From Priapulus caudatus (taxonomy: Eukaryota): DNA of 64,000 nt. The stretch covers positions 1,338,088 through 1,402,087 of the forward strand of contig NW_014577076.1 of assembly GCF_000485595.1 (NCBI RefSeq). The letters are read 5' to 3'. A model generated the notes under the pieces. It was not told where the DNA came from and made no database searches. It worked only from the letters and a program-made list of their open reading frames with translations. Position numbers and translations under genes: made by a program. Below, piece after piece: positions 13,786 through 26,564 of the stretch (within the stretch, counting starts at the first letter, position 1; each line of letters begins with the position of its first letter).

Positions 13786-15795
13786 CTGGGTTGTCCTCGG
13801 GAAGATGGAGGGAGTTCGTCACCGGATGAGGTGGAGGGGTATTTTCATGGGCACTCCGAAGAGCTGTCGAGGAAACGTAATTGGAATTTATTAGAACACT
13901 GAGCTGTTTGACCAGCTGGCAGGGATGTGGAACGAGCAGAGATTGCGCCCTGCGTTCGCGCGCGCGTCCGCGCGTGGAGGGGCGGGAGTGGGGAAGCGGG
14001 GAAGCAATATTAAACACTCCATGCTGAGGACCAATATGTGTCACAGCACACAAAGACACTGATAACATGTGAGTGGTCGCTGTTTACTCGCGCTGGAAGA
14101 GCGAACGCAAGATGAGAAGTCTATTATTTCTGGCGTCAGCGTGAGAGATGACTATCAAAATATATTACGCATCCAAAGCTGATGTTGGTGATGTTGCGTC
14201 ACCTGCTGCAATTGCGTGGCTTCTTGTCTGATATAACCCGCAAATGGTTTATCTCAATGACGTTTAAGAAGCGGTTAAGCGCAGTCTCAGTGAGCAGCTG
14301 GAATGGGTAAGTCATCGTGAGCGTGTGCCTGACACAAGTGATGCTTGTATGTTTTGTTTGCGGGAAAATAAAGGGCCACCGATCCCACTCACCTCACGCA
14401 TTAGCGAGATAGGCTGTCAAGTTTTCCCGAGGAGCATTCAAGTAATCAGAATGCAAGCGGGTTGGAGTACGGGAGTAGGAGCAGTTTTGTAAAGATGTTA
14501 GGTCGGGGTTGTACATGTACGCGGTGGATGTTGTGTCCTGTTGCTGTTATTGTAGCTGTACGTGCGGTGGCGCGAACGCAGGGAAATTGTGTTATTTGTG
14601 ATCAGCGTGGTTACTAGGTATAAGCGTAATGGAAAAGCCTGTCTTGTAGTCGCTATCCGAAATCTTTATTACTCATGCTTTCCATTCACTCGCGTCGTCA
14701 TATATTAGCATATATACTGTGTACATACAGCGAGGACTGCGCGTGGCAGACCGCTCGGCTCAAGCAGTCTAAACCTGGCTGTTGCATCAACGATGTGTCG
14801 AGCACCAGTGTAGTGAGGGAAGGAGCTGAGTGCTGCTGATACGATGCACCTGTTGTATACCGAGAAGCCCTGCTGCTGATCGTGACACATCCTGAGTGCC
14901 TGCCCGACTGAGTGACTGCAGGCCGTCACCGTCATGTTTGCATGGTACCGGTGGAGACGCTGAGGAAGCTGTGCGTTAGCGAGTCGCCCTGGCAACCCGT
15001 GATGGATGGCTGCCCGGCGGAGTGGCAAGCGCCAGCTGTCCGGCACTGCAATGTCGGGCCAATTACGCACATCGCGCGGATGTAAAGCCACGGTGCGATG
15101 GCTGGTGAGATTTCCCCACATCTCTCAGATCGCGGTTGTAAGTGGGGGATTCCGCTCTAACGAGCGTGCGTGGGGCTTCGTGACGAAGCCGGCACGAAGC
15201 CCTAATCCTCGCTCGCCGCCAGAAAAAAAAGCAAAGGGGTGAATAAAAAATGGTGGATCATTACGAGTGGGTGTCGCCAGAGCGGCCACGTTCGCCAATT
15301 AGAGATAGAGTGCAGGCAGATGGAGACTGCCAGTTTTAGTCTGCTGCTGTGGTGATGATCAGTCTCCATATGGTATATATGGATGAGGATGCGGAGTGCC
15401 GCAGCTGCCCGCTTGCTGAGGCGAGAACTGTCTCGTTTTTTTCTCGCGCGCGGTTGCGCTGTCGCTGCGGGCAGACGAGGGGCGTGTGAGGGGATACGCA
15501 CGCACACGATTCTTCCACGCCGCTGCCTAGAACACGTGTTGAAATTTTTAAACGAACGGCCATGCGGGCGACGACTTTGTTTGCGGGTTTTCGGGAGGCC
15601 AATAGCGGTCAGAGGATGCGTGTTGAGAGGACGTGCGTACGTTGATCGGCGTTTTTCTTCTTGTTGTTGTTTTTGTTATTGTGTCTGTAGTAGAGTGTTG
15701 TTTGCTTGCTTGTGCGCGTGCCATCGATCGGAATAGAAAGGCAAGAGTGGCGCCGCTCAGTGAAGTCACCCGTGAACAAGTTTGACCGAGGAAGG

Positions 15796-15825
15796 ATGAA
15801 CCTATGGGATCTCTTCTGGTGGCCG
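15796..15825 (+). CDS. Candidate alternative first coding exon (MNLWDLFWWP)
   Basis: aggATG start, donor CCG|gtaatt in phase 0, CpG-rich UTR-like sequence upstream (about 15330-15795). Confidence 0.4.
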
Positions 15826-16418
15826 GTAATTCTGTTGCGTGCGGCATTCCCATCGCGTGTGTGTCTGTGGGTCGCGCGGGCATTGTGTGTTCGTTAAACA
15901 CGAACGCGAGAGAGAGGAGCTAGAGTGGTCGTAAATGTACAGCTGTGTTATATAGATGCAGGAAATCTGCTGATGCGGTGCTCGCTGTATAGAGCTCGTG
16001 TAACGCAATTATGGGGCGAGATGATGTGCAGCGCTTCCTTTTGTGAGTGGGCGGGTGAGTGTGCTTTCTACATTAATGCACCACCGACAGCAGATGGTAT
16101 ATTAACTTCACGTATGTATGTACGAAGAGTGTGCCAGAGAGGGGGGTGAGAGAGTGATGATAAGATAGACTGATCGCGAGGAAGAGTGAAGGGAGAGCGT
16201 TGTGAAATTAAATAGGTACGAGAAAAGGCGAAGCTAGAAGCAACGAGGAGACCGAGAAGAGAGAGAGAGAGAGAGATGCAGGAGCAGAGCAGCAGAGACG
16301 AGAGAGAGAGAGCAGACGAGATGAGAGAGTGAAGACGGAGAGAGAGAGAGAGAGACGAGCAGAGAGAGAAGACGGGCGGAGCACGAGAGGCAGAGACGAG
16401 AGAGCAGAGCAATAACAA

Positions 16419-17757
16419 CACAAAATACGAAAATAACACGCTGTTTTAGCGCACTGCCCGCTACGTCCTTCTGTGTTCAGTTTCGCAGCTCCGTAATTCA
16501 GAATAAGCCCACCTGCCTTTCTTCGTTGAGACATGATGGGGCGTCACCGAGGTCCGCGCCCCTTGACCCAGTTAACACCTACCGTCTCTCACCAGCCTGT
16601 TAATTTTACGTAAATAATGAAATGCCGCGGCCGATGCATTTTCCCAGTCGAAGTGGAACATTTTCGCCATTTTCACTCGGCATGTCGAAGTGATGCGAGT
16701 GCGTCATGTTCATTAAACATTGAAGTTTTCTTCAACAATTAAAATAATTTCGAAAATCCGCTAACTGCCGGCTACTCGATTGTTTTAGCCAATGAACGTA
16801 GCTGGTCGCTGTGTCGTCTCTTGCAGGCATGCTTTCATGCTTGCGCGCTTACAGCGTCGAACATGGATTATCGAGGCAGGCATCCCTCACAAAATACAGC
16901 AACACATGTGTGTGGGCTTACATATAGCTTGTGACGTACGGTGTTTCGGAAGTTCTGGCGATGATATAACCTCGTAATATTCTCAGGCATATTTCTTAAG
17001 GTGCCATGGAACATTTTACCAATTTAGTGGATGTCAGTTAGTCACGGATATGTCAGGCAAGTAAGTAGCTAACGGCTATATGTTTTCAGCATACGTTCAC
17101 CATTTATTTGCCCAACAGGGGTCGATCAGTTGTTCGAAGAAATTGTCGGTGAATATTTATTTGATTGCAGACGTTTCCAGCAGTGCCTTGTTGTTTCACA
17201 GCTGCTTGTACGTCACTGCCACGTGCGTCGAGAGCCACAAACTCAACAACAATTTTCATCTCTGCTTATTGTTCGCCTGACAATGCTGTGATTGATCACG
17301 GGAGGGGGTGCATGTAAGCAGGAGACAATTTTCTGGACCGCGTGTCCGAAAACACAATCTCCACTTGCACAATTTCATGGGCCATTTCAATTGGGAAGCT
17401 CGTTGCATAATCGGACCCCCAACAAGCCCTTTGCAACGTGACTAACATCAAGGAAATTCCAACACGGTCTGGTATATTCCCTTATTTAGCCGCCGCTAGT
17501 TCTTATTATAGAACAAGAGTCTTCATTGTTATCTTCTAAAACAGCAGACCATCCGCTGACCGCTGTGAGACGTGCGCGCGGCCTCGAACTTTGGGGCCAT
17601 TTTTTGGGTTCTCACATGCGGACAGCGCTTCAATACCTTGCAACATCCCGCGCGTCCGCGTGCGCATATCCGCGAACATGCGCGTCTCATCCGCGCAGGC
17701 TCAGGAGATCAACAGGCAAAGCTGTTGCCACGACAATCTGTAATTCATGTCTATCTG
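16419..17757 (-). mobile_element. Inverted, indel-rich copy of the 1.2-kb repeat with different flanks
   Basis: Reverse-complement match to 31955-33133 and 42958-44159 that stops at both termini. Confidence 0.75.
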
Positions 17758-18953
17758 ATAGCATCCAAGATAGTTTAATCTAGTGCCAGGCTTCATGCAC
17801 TTATAACATGTGATATGCACGTGTTTAATGCACGTGTGTGTTCGTACACGATTGCTTTAAGTTGCTAGAAGCGGAAGCTTAAGTTACTGGCGCTGCCATG
17901 TGGTTCAGCTTAAATTTTTCGCCGCAGAAGATTGGTGATTCACTCTAAAATATTTCGCTTAGAGGATTTATCATACTGCTGAGGGTGGCGCAGATGCCGT
18001 AGCCTGTCGCGTCGTGGCCGCTGCGGCGCATCTTAATGTGTGGGCTGCTTGTACACGGTGATCGTACTATGGCTGTGCTGCGTGCCATGTGGTGCGCGTG
18101 GCATGGGGAGTTGGGGTGGGAATGCCGATGGGCGGGGGTGCGGGGTTGATCTTCTGGCTAGCTGTGGGCTGGCGCTACAATTAGGAAGAGTATTAACTGC
18201 GGGAGATGAGAAGGAAGCGGGAAGGAGTACGAAGTGAGAGAGAAGGAGAGCAGGAGATTGTAGTAGTATGTAGTATTGTGGTGAGTGTGAGTGTGAGAGG
18301 AGTGTGGGGTGGGGTATGTATCGTAGTGTACTGTATGTATTGTATGTCATGTATCGTATGTATGCTATGTATGCTATGTATGTATAGCTAGTGGTATAGT
18401 ATGGATGTATGTACTGTGTGTACTGTATGTATGTATGTAGTGTATGGAGTGTGAAGGTGGGTAGTGTGATGTAGGGGGGGTTATGGTATGTGAGGTTGCT
18501 TGATGGATGTATGTATGTAATGTATGGTATGGTATGGTAATGTATGTATGATGTATTATCTGTATTGCTATGTATGTATGCATGCATGCATGCATGCATT
18601 GCATTGCCATGCATGCCATGCAGTGGTAGGGTGTTAGAGAAAGGAGACCGATCGAAAGGAGAGGGATGGATGGTGAAGTCTTTCTTAAGTGATTAGGCGG
18701 GGGAGGAATAGTGATTCGCGTTTGAAGTAGACCAAATACTACTTCTCAGCAAGGACAGCAGTGATGAGCGCGATGAGGTCCTAATCAATTGAACATTGGA
18801 CGTAGTATACATAGAAACATTCTATATAGGGTTGAACAGTCAAACAAAGATGCCTTAATATAGAGAGTTGACAGTTGCGTGCTAAAAGGTGTGCTGGGTG
18901 TTTTGGTGGGTGGCGGCGTAAAGATTGAGTTTGTGCACAAAAGCGCTGCCGCA

Positions 18954-19999
18954 TTTTTAGCTAGCGCTTGGCACATCCTGTCAAGATGGTGAGGCTATTT
19001 GCCAGGAGTGTGGGGGGCTGCGTTCCGATCTACGTCCCGTCCGCTATCCGTCCGCTCCGTCCGCCGCGGCGTACGTTGCGTGTCGAGACATTGGCTGGGG
19101 ACGTACGTCAAGAGCGATAACTTTCAAGTAACCGTTATGACCCACATGTTATCATAATGCATTATAGTTGTTGACTCCTATGGACGAGATAGTTTTGAAC
19201 CGGTCCTCTAATTTGCGAGCCACGCCAAGTTGACCTACATTCGAGCCACGTGCCACTTTTTAGTGCACGGGGGGCGCGCAGATGAGTCCAAAATAAGGGA
19301 GTGGAAGCCCTAAACTCTTTTGGGGTAAGAGGCTGCCGGAATACGTGTAGAGGAGGGATCAGGCTTCTCATGATGACTTCGAGGGGATGTCGCACTGGCG
19401 TATGTTTCCATGCAGTGAGCTGTGTGTGGGGGCGGCGGTATTGTGGCGGCCATCTGTTGAGAAGTTCCAAAGGGAGTGGGGAGAGCGCGAGGTGAGTGGC
19501 GAAGAGAGTGGGTATTTTCTGGAGAGGGATAGGGCTGGGAGCGTCGCCAGACGCGGGTGGTAGAGAGCATGAGAGGTTCGGGTGCGTTGATTACCGAGGC
19601 ATTTTCGGCGAGTAGTGTGTGTGTCTGCGGGAAACCAAAGTTATCACACTTTAGAGAAACATAGGATGGGCGGCCATATTGGATTTACAAGATCGGCCAC
19701 ACGTGAAAATTTGTTTATTTTGAATAACATAGACTCCATTAACGACTCGCTAGCAAGACATAATTTTTGTGTCGATAACCAACCATTTCCGATAGGGGTG
19801 GAAAACACATAAGTCTTGACACCGTTAGAAAGCCATAGAGGAGGTCCATCTTGATTTAAAGATGGCCGTTCAATGAAATTGGTTTATTTGCTTTAAATAA
19901 ACTAAAGATCCTTAAATATCGTAGAGGCATAATATTTGGTGTCGTCAACCCAACATTTTATGACCCATAGGTCTCATACCTGAGTGTGGACCTACTGTA
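18954..19999 (+). mobile_element. Insertion-error-rich copy of the same HINE-like element
   Basis: Collinear with 37437-38278, including flanks, but with many single-base (mostly G) insertions. Confidence 0.7.
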
Positions 20000-20030
20000 G
20001 CGACAGAACTTTAGCGGAACATTTACGTAA

Positions 20031-20631
20031 TCCAGATAACATGCTACGTTGCGGCCAAACGTTGGGGGCCAACGGCTGTCTTCAGCTCTTCGCAAACGTT
20101 AGGGCCAACGTCGCATCGAACGTCTTTAGTTCTCCAGCGTCGCCAACGTTGGCGCCCAACGTTGGCAGCCAACATTGGGCCAACGCGTGGGCCGACGTGG
20201 CCCAACCGTCTGGCGCGGCGCAACGCAGGTCTAGCCAAATCGGTTGAGCCCAAACCGGTCATAGGACTCACCTATTGCTCAACGTCTGGCCGCAAACGAT
20301 CAGACAAGCCGAACGTTGATCCAACGTCTTCTTTTGCTGCAGTCGTGCCAACGTTGGCCCAACGTTGGCAAGCCAAAACATTGGGCCAACGGCAGTGGAG
20401 GCGAACGTGTGCCCAACAGGTCGAAAGACTCATAATATGCCCAACGTTCCGGCCGCGAACGGTCAGACAGCCAAGGCGTTGATCCAATACGATCTGTTTT
20501 TGCTCAGCTGCCAACGTTGGGCCCAAGACGTTGCAGCCAACATTGCGCCCAACGGCAGTCAGCCAACGTTGGCCCAACGTCATATTGCCAACGTTGGCCC
20601 AACGTCAGACAGACAGTACGTTCGACTGGAA
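20031..20631. mobile_element. EnSpm/CMC-like MITE packed with CCAACGTTGG palindromes
   Basis: Left end cccagataacatgctgacgttgggccaacgttgg (clean copy at 38313) is mirrored by right end ccaacgttggcccaacgtcag...ctgg. Many internal caacgttg motifs; possible AT TSD. Confidence 0.65.
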
Positions 20632-21568
20632 TATTTTATTGTTTTTATTTGCGCGATATTCGAAAACCAAAATGGCGATCATTTAGGCGTAGCACCATCT
20701 CTCGTCAAGATTTCAGACTTTCAGATCTGAAACATTTATTTTCGCATCAAAACTTATGCATATATATATATCATTATCAAGAGCATATAATGGGAGATAT
20801 ATGCTATATAATGGGAGTTCTCCCATATATACTCTTGCTTTATATATCCCCCTCCCTCTTCTATCACACCCAAGGTGAGCTACAGTGTCATTGACACTTT
20901 CATTATTACAAGCAGCTGGAAGTGGCCGGATTTTTAGCTTCATTGTTTGTAATTGTATTGAAGAAACAACACACGCGTAGCAGGCATGTTCGTTGAACGT
21001 CACGTTTTCGTTGAAATATAATTACGTAAATTTCAACGTAGCTACAGTACATCTTGTATACATGCAGCATGCTTAGTCAACTTGAAGCGATCGCAAAGAA
21101 ATCTTGAGAGACCTTCATGCTTGTACGTAAACTAATGTAGTTTAATTCAAGTATTTTTTCCAATCTCTTGAAGAGCATTTACGATAATATTATTCTTAGC
21201 GGTGACGTAGCGAAACTAACTTTCCTGCTGAAGATTCTCATCGTACGACATTGTGTAGATCTGAGCTTGACATCCCCATTATACACCCCCATTAGACGGA
21301 TGAGCGAGCAATTTTAATGCATTCGTTTGCCCTCCCGTGTCCGGGCATGACCTATAAGCAGCGTCACATGTCCCCGCAGCGACGTCTCTTGCAAGCGTGC
21401 GCTGGCGTGTAACGAATGCGTGGTCAGCATGGTGGCGGTGGCGGGATGGCTTGCCTGGCTAGCAGGCCAGCCGTTGTTGGAGCGGGCTTGAGAGGAGGGA
21501 ATGCTGCGAAGGTGCATGGCGCCAACCGCTCATGCAGCCAACCGCGCGTAAAAACGAAACTCTGCTGC

Positions 21569-21590
21569 CAGCGGCAGCAGCAGCAGCAGC

Positions 21591-21630
<40 letters not shown>

Positions 21631-21639
21631 GCAGCAACA

Positions 21640-21702
<63 letters not shown>

Positions 21703-21800
21703 CTAACAACAGCAGCAGCAACCGCAACAACAGTGGAAATAGCTCAGCAGTGGCGGCAGCAGCAGTTACAGCCATAACAGCAGTAACAGCAGCAACAGCC
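21569..21800 (+). repeat. (CAG/CAA)n trinucleotide tract
   Basis: About 45 mixed CAG/CAA triplets followed by a degenerate continuation. Confidence 0.95.
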
Positions 21801-21857
21801 GTAACATCAGTAGCTGTGGCGCGTGCCTCTCTCATCCTTACTGAACCTATCTGAAGG

Positions 21858-21891
<34 letters not shown>

Positions 21892-21955
21892 ATTGTGTGA
21901 CGGTCGCCCTGCCTGCGTGCTAGTTGAGTGTGTGTGGGGAGGGGGTGCTCCAATG

Positions 21956-21965
21956 TATATAAAAG
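21956..21965 (+). promoter_or_regulatory. TATA-box-like motif (TATATAAAAG) upstream of a candidate internal first exon
   Basis: Consensus match, about 175 nt upstream of a GCA|gtgagt donor at 22140. Confidence 0.3.
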
Positions 21966-22406
21966 CGCGCATTCAGACAGCTTGATTGCGATTTTACGAC
22001 GTAATGTATTTCTTTCTTGTGTGTTTTTCCCGCCGCCGATAAAATTTCTCGAATGCATCATGCAAGCCGAGATGGAGAAGGGGTTTATGAACCGGAAATT
22101 TTGCCTATGGAAATCCCGGATCATGATTAGTGGTATGCAGTGAGTGGTGGCAAGCCACTCGCAAGGAATAGCCGGCTTCTCAGCAGGCGTAATATATATC
22201 ATGTGGGGCATCGTAGATGGCAATCTAGCTGGAATATGCAAATATTTAGTTTGATCCCCGAAGAGTTTTATGTTTATGTCCCGGCACCTTTATGCAGTGG
22301 ATTTTATGCTCCATATGGCATGTGATTTCTTTAACATACGATTTTTTATGCTAAATAGAAACTCACGTGTTTGCACTTCTCTGACATCGTAACTGTTTAC
22401 TTACAG

Positions 22407-22499
22407 ACCCTTAAGCAGAACACGGAGGTGAAAGATGAAGATGAATCGGTAAAGAAGGAGTCATGCAGCACACAGACCTCAGGTCGCAGCTATGCAGCC
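22407..22499 (+). CDS. Internal exon (TLKQNTEVKDEDESVKKESCSTQTSGRSYAA)
   Basis: Acceptor tttacttacag|, donor GCC|gtgagt, 93 nt, phase 0-0, open in frame with the upstream exon. Confidence 0.8.
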
Positions 22500-23865
22500 G
22501 TGAGTATACACAAATCGTAAACCACGCGGTCGGTTAGATACAAATATGTAGCCCTGAAAACAGTATAGGGCCTAGCTATTCTGTTTGGGCAACAATGTGG
22601 TATCTCATAGCCGGTATGCGTGTGATAGTGCTTGCGCGTGTGCGTCCGTGCGTGCGTGCGCCCGTGCGTGCGTCAGTGTATGTGTGCGTCAGTGTGTGTG
22701 TGTGTGTGCGTGTGTGTGTGCGTGTGCGTGTGCTAGTAGAGGCTGCTTGTAATGGCTTCGTCTTTCATATAGTTTTAGATGACTAGTGTTTGTCTGACTG
22801 TTATTGTGTTCTCGGCGGATGGGTGATAGTATAGTATATCATGGGCCAAGGGAGATGTGAGAGCGGCGAATATATGTAAACGACTTTACCGCTGTGTCTG
22901 ACTACTATATATGGTCACAACACATTTTCACCGTCTTTTCTGCACCAGGGGGCAACACTGTTGCTGTGTCGCAGCAGATACGGGTTTTCACGAATTAATT
23001 CGAATGTCTGCAGTCTAGAAATTCTGATGCGTGTATCGGGACCCTCGGGCATCGACGACTCTGTGTTAAACTTGCTCGTTTAATTGTCAGAGAGATTTAT
23101 GTTATGTCCGTTATGCTTGGTTCTCACGCAGCGGACGTGTTTCTTAAACGCTGCGAAATGCTACAAATTTTACGTTGTTAGCCTCGAGGGAGACGTCGCT
23201 ATTCATACGTACTACATTCATTCGTCGTTTTAGCAGCAGCGCATGCACGCACCAGCACTGGTCACTGATCAAGATGAGTATACAGTTTCATTTGCAGCAA
23301 CAACTCACCCTGCCAGGCAGATCTCTCTTTGTGGGAGAACATGCGGGCGAAACGCTGCCTTGGGTGTGCAGGGTACATCTGGCATGGACAGAAAATATTC
23401 CAGCCGATATCTGATATTTGTGACAAGAGTGGATTGCTGTCCCACGGGACAGCTTTGGGAATCGCCGCTGAGTGATGTTAAATAGACAAAGGATGCTCGC
23501 ACGTGGGTGCACAAAGACTCACGACAACAGCAAAAAAAGCTATTCAAAGAGAAAAAAAAGAGAGATTTAGACGTCAGAAGTTGTGTGGGCAGCAGAATTA
23601 TATGCGTGTGCTTTGTTCTAACTAGGGATTTCATTGCTTAAAGATCAGATTAGATGGGCAAGTGCGGTTTTCTCTAATGCATGGGCTAGGTAATAGCTGT
23701 GTCTGTCCTGAATATGTAAATACTGATATATAGTATATAGGTATATAGAAGTCGTGCATCGAGATTGATTAACAATGGTTCTGATGTCACTGAATATCAC
23801 AATGAAGTGAATGGCACTGTGGTGACTCTGTATCTCATTCAGCACGCCTGCGAGGCTGCCATGCG

Positions 23866-24706
23866 CATGAACCTACAGCTACGTCACCATGGTGCTAGGC
23901 ACATGTAAGCTACCAGCTACATCACCATGATGCTAGCAATGTAACCTACCAGCTACGTCGCCATGATTGCTAGGCACATGTAAGATACCACTACGTCACC
24001 ATGATGCTAGGCACATGTAAGCTACCAGCTACGTCGCCATGATGCTAGGCACATGTAAGCTACCAGCTAGTCGCCATTGATGCTAGGCACATGTAAGCTA
24101 CAGCTACGTCACCATGATACTAGGCACATGTAACCTACCAGCTACGTCACCATGATACTAGGCACATGTAACCTACAGCTACGTCGCCATGATCTAGGCA
24201 CATGTAAGCTACCAGCTACGTCTCACCATGATGGTAGCACATGTAACCAGGGTTCTCAAGCATTTTCATTTAGCATGGCGGCTGCTTTTACGGGCCTAGT
24301 TTTAGCATTTTTTAGCTAATTTTAGCATGAGCGGTTATGATATTAGAGTGGGGTGCATTTTAGGATGGCGGGCTCGACGATAGCCTGCATATGCGGGCCG
24401 CCAGGCTATAAGTGCTCTTGGAGAACCCTGGTAACCTACCAGCTACCGTCACCATGTGCTAGGCACATGTAACCTACCAGCTACGTCACCATGATGTACT
24501 AGGCACATGTAAATACCAGCTACGTCACCATGATACTAGGCACAATGTAACTACCATGCCAGCGCTACGTCACCATGATTGCTAGGCACGATGTATTAAC
24601 CTACCAGCTACGTCACCATATGCTAAGGACAATGTATAACTACCAGCCTACGTCACCATGATGTAGGACATGTAACCTACGGCTAAACGGTCGCTCATGG
24701 TGCTAG
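23866..24706 (+). repeat. 38-bp minisatellite array, error-rich copy
   Basis: Unit catgtaacctaccagctacgtcaccatgatgctaggca; ends at a 25-N gap. Confidence 0.95.
24248..24430. mobile_element. Second, error-rich copy of the same MITE at the same array position
   Basis: Same TIRs (one base missing on the left) and the same TSD; part of the duplicated block. Confidence 0.85.
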
Positions 24707-24731
24707 NNNNNNNNNNNNNNNNNNNNNNNNN
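24707..24731. other. 25-N assembly gap (others at 42576-42585, 10 N, and 62670-62694, 25 N)
   Basis: Runs of n. Confidence 1.
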
Positions 24732-26564
24732 GTGGTGCGTGTGCGTTGCGTGTGCGTGTGCGCGTGTGCGTTGTGCGTGTGCGTGTGCGTCGTGCGTGTG
24801 CGCGTGCGCTGCGTGTGCATGCGTGCGTGCGTGCGTGCTTGTGTGTGCGTGTGTGAGATGCTGTATGTTGTAGTCACAGACGGTAAGCCTGTAAGGCTGG
24901 TCGGACACGTGTCGGGGTCAGGGTAGCAGGGTTGGGGGTCACAGTAGTTCCGTATATGTGTTTTTTTGGGGGGGGGGTCAAAAGGGACACGTCTGTGTTG
25001 GTAAGATGTGGCAAGGAGTCCAAGTCAGTTGGTGTGTGTCTGCGTTGTTTGGGGTGAGGGCCAGCAGGGGGGTGGCATGCAGATGACATGTGTTAACTTG
25101 ATAGAGTGACACTGACGGAGCGTAGGTATAGGTATGGAAAGGGCAATGACGGAGGGTGTGTGGGGGCTGAGAATATCCACCCGATCAAGGAAGAAGGGAT
25201 TGGATTATGTTGACTGGGAATAATTACATTTGCATAGACGGCTTGTAATTTGGAAACCGATTGATTGGAAGCAATTTAGCATTGAATAATGGCAGTTCCT
25301 TATATACAATAATAAGTAAATGTATATGAGTGCGGTGTGCTACATTCTTGTGTAGCCAGACATTGACTGACAATTTTCTAATGTGGCTTTTTCCAAGGGA
25401 TTTTCTAGAGTGGGTAGTAGAGGCTGCTTGTAATGGGTTCGTCTTTCATATAGTTTTAGATGACTAGTGTTTGTCTGACTGTTATTGTGTTCTCGGCGGA
25501 TGGGTGATAGTATAGTAATATCATGGGCCAAGGAGATGTGAGAGCGGCGAATATATGTAAACGACTTACCGCTGTGTCTGACTACTATATATGGTCACAA
25601 CACATTTCACCGTCTTTTTCTGCACCAGGGGGCAACACTGTTGCTGTGTCGCAGGCAGATACGGGTTTTCCACGAATTCAATTCGAATGTCTGCAGTCTA
25701 GAAATTCTGATGCGTGTATCGGGACCCTCGGGACATCGACGACTCTGTGTTAAACTTGCTCGTTTAATTGTCAGAGAGATTTATGTTATGTCCCGTTATG
25801 CTTGGTTCTGCACGCAGCGGACGGTGTTTCTTAAACGCTGCGAAATGCTACTAACAATTATTTACGTTGTTAGCCTCGAGGGAGACGTCGCTATTCATAC
25901 GTACTACATTCATTCGTCGTTTTAGAGCAGCAGCGCATGCACGCACCAGCACTGTTCACTGATCAAGATGAGTATACAGTTTCATTTGCCAGCAACAACT
26001 CACCCTGCCAGGCCCAGATCTCTCTTTGTGGGAGAACATGCGGCGAAACGCTGCCTGTGGTGTGCAGGGTACATCTGGCATGGACAGAAAATATTCCAGC
26101 CGATATCTGATATTTGTGACAAGAGTGGATTGCTGTCCCACGGGACAGCTTTGGGAATCGCGGCTGAGTGATGTTAAATAGACAAAGAGGATGCTCGCAC
26201 GTGGGTGCACAAAGACTCACGACAACAGCAAAAAAAGCTATTCAAAGAGAAAAAAAAGAAGGATTAGACGTCAGAAGTTGTGTGGCAGCAGAATTATAAT
26301 GCGTGTGCTTTGTTCTAACTAGGGATTTCATTGCTTAAAGATCAGATTAGATGGGCAGTGCGGTTTCTCCTAATGCATGGGGCTAGGTAATAGCTGTGTC
26401 TGTCCTGAATATGTAAATACTGATATATAGTATATAGGTATATAGAAGTCGTGCATCGAGATTGATAACAATGGTTCTGATGTCAACTGAATATCACAAT
26501 GAAGTGAATGGCACTGTGGTGACTCATGTATCTCTCTGCAAGCACGCCTGCGAGCCTGCATGCG

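Noticed and set aside
18033..18619. 193-aa Tyr/His/Thr-rich minus-strand ORF
   Set aside because: Noisy (TATG)n microsatellite sequence.
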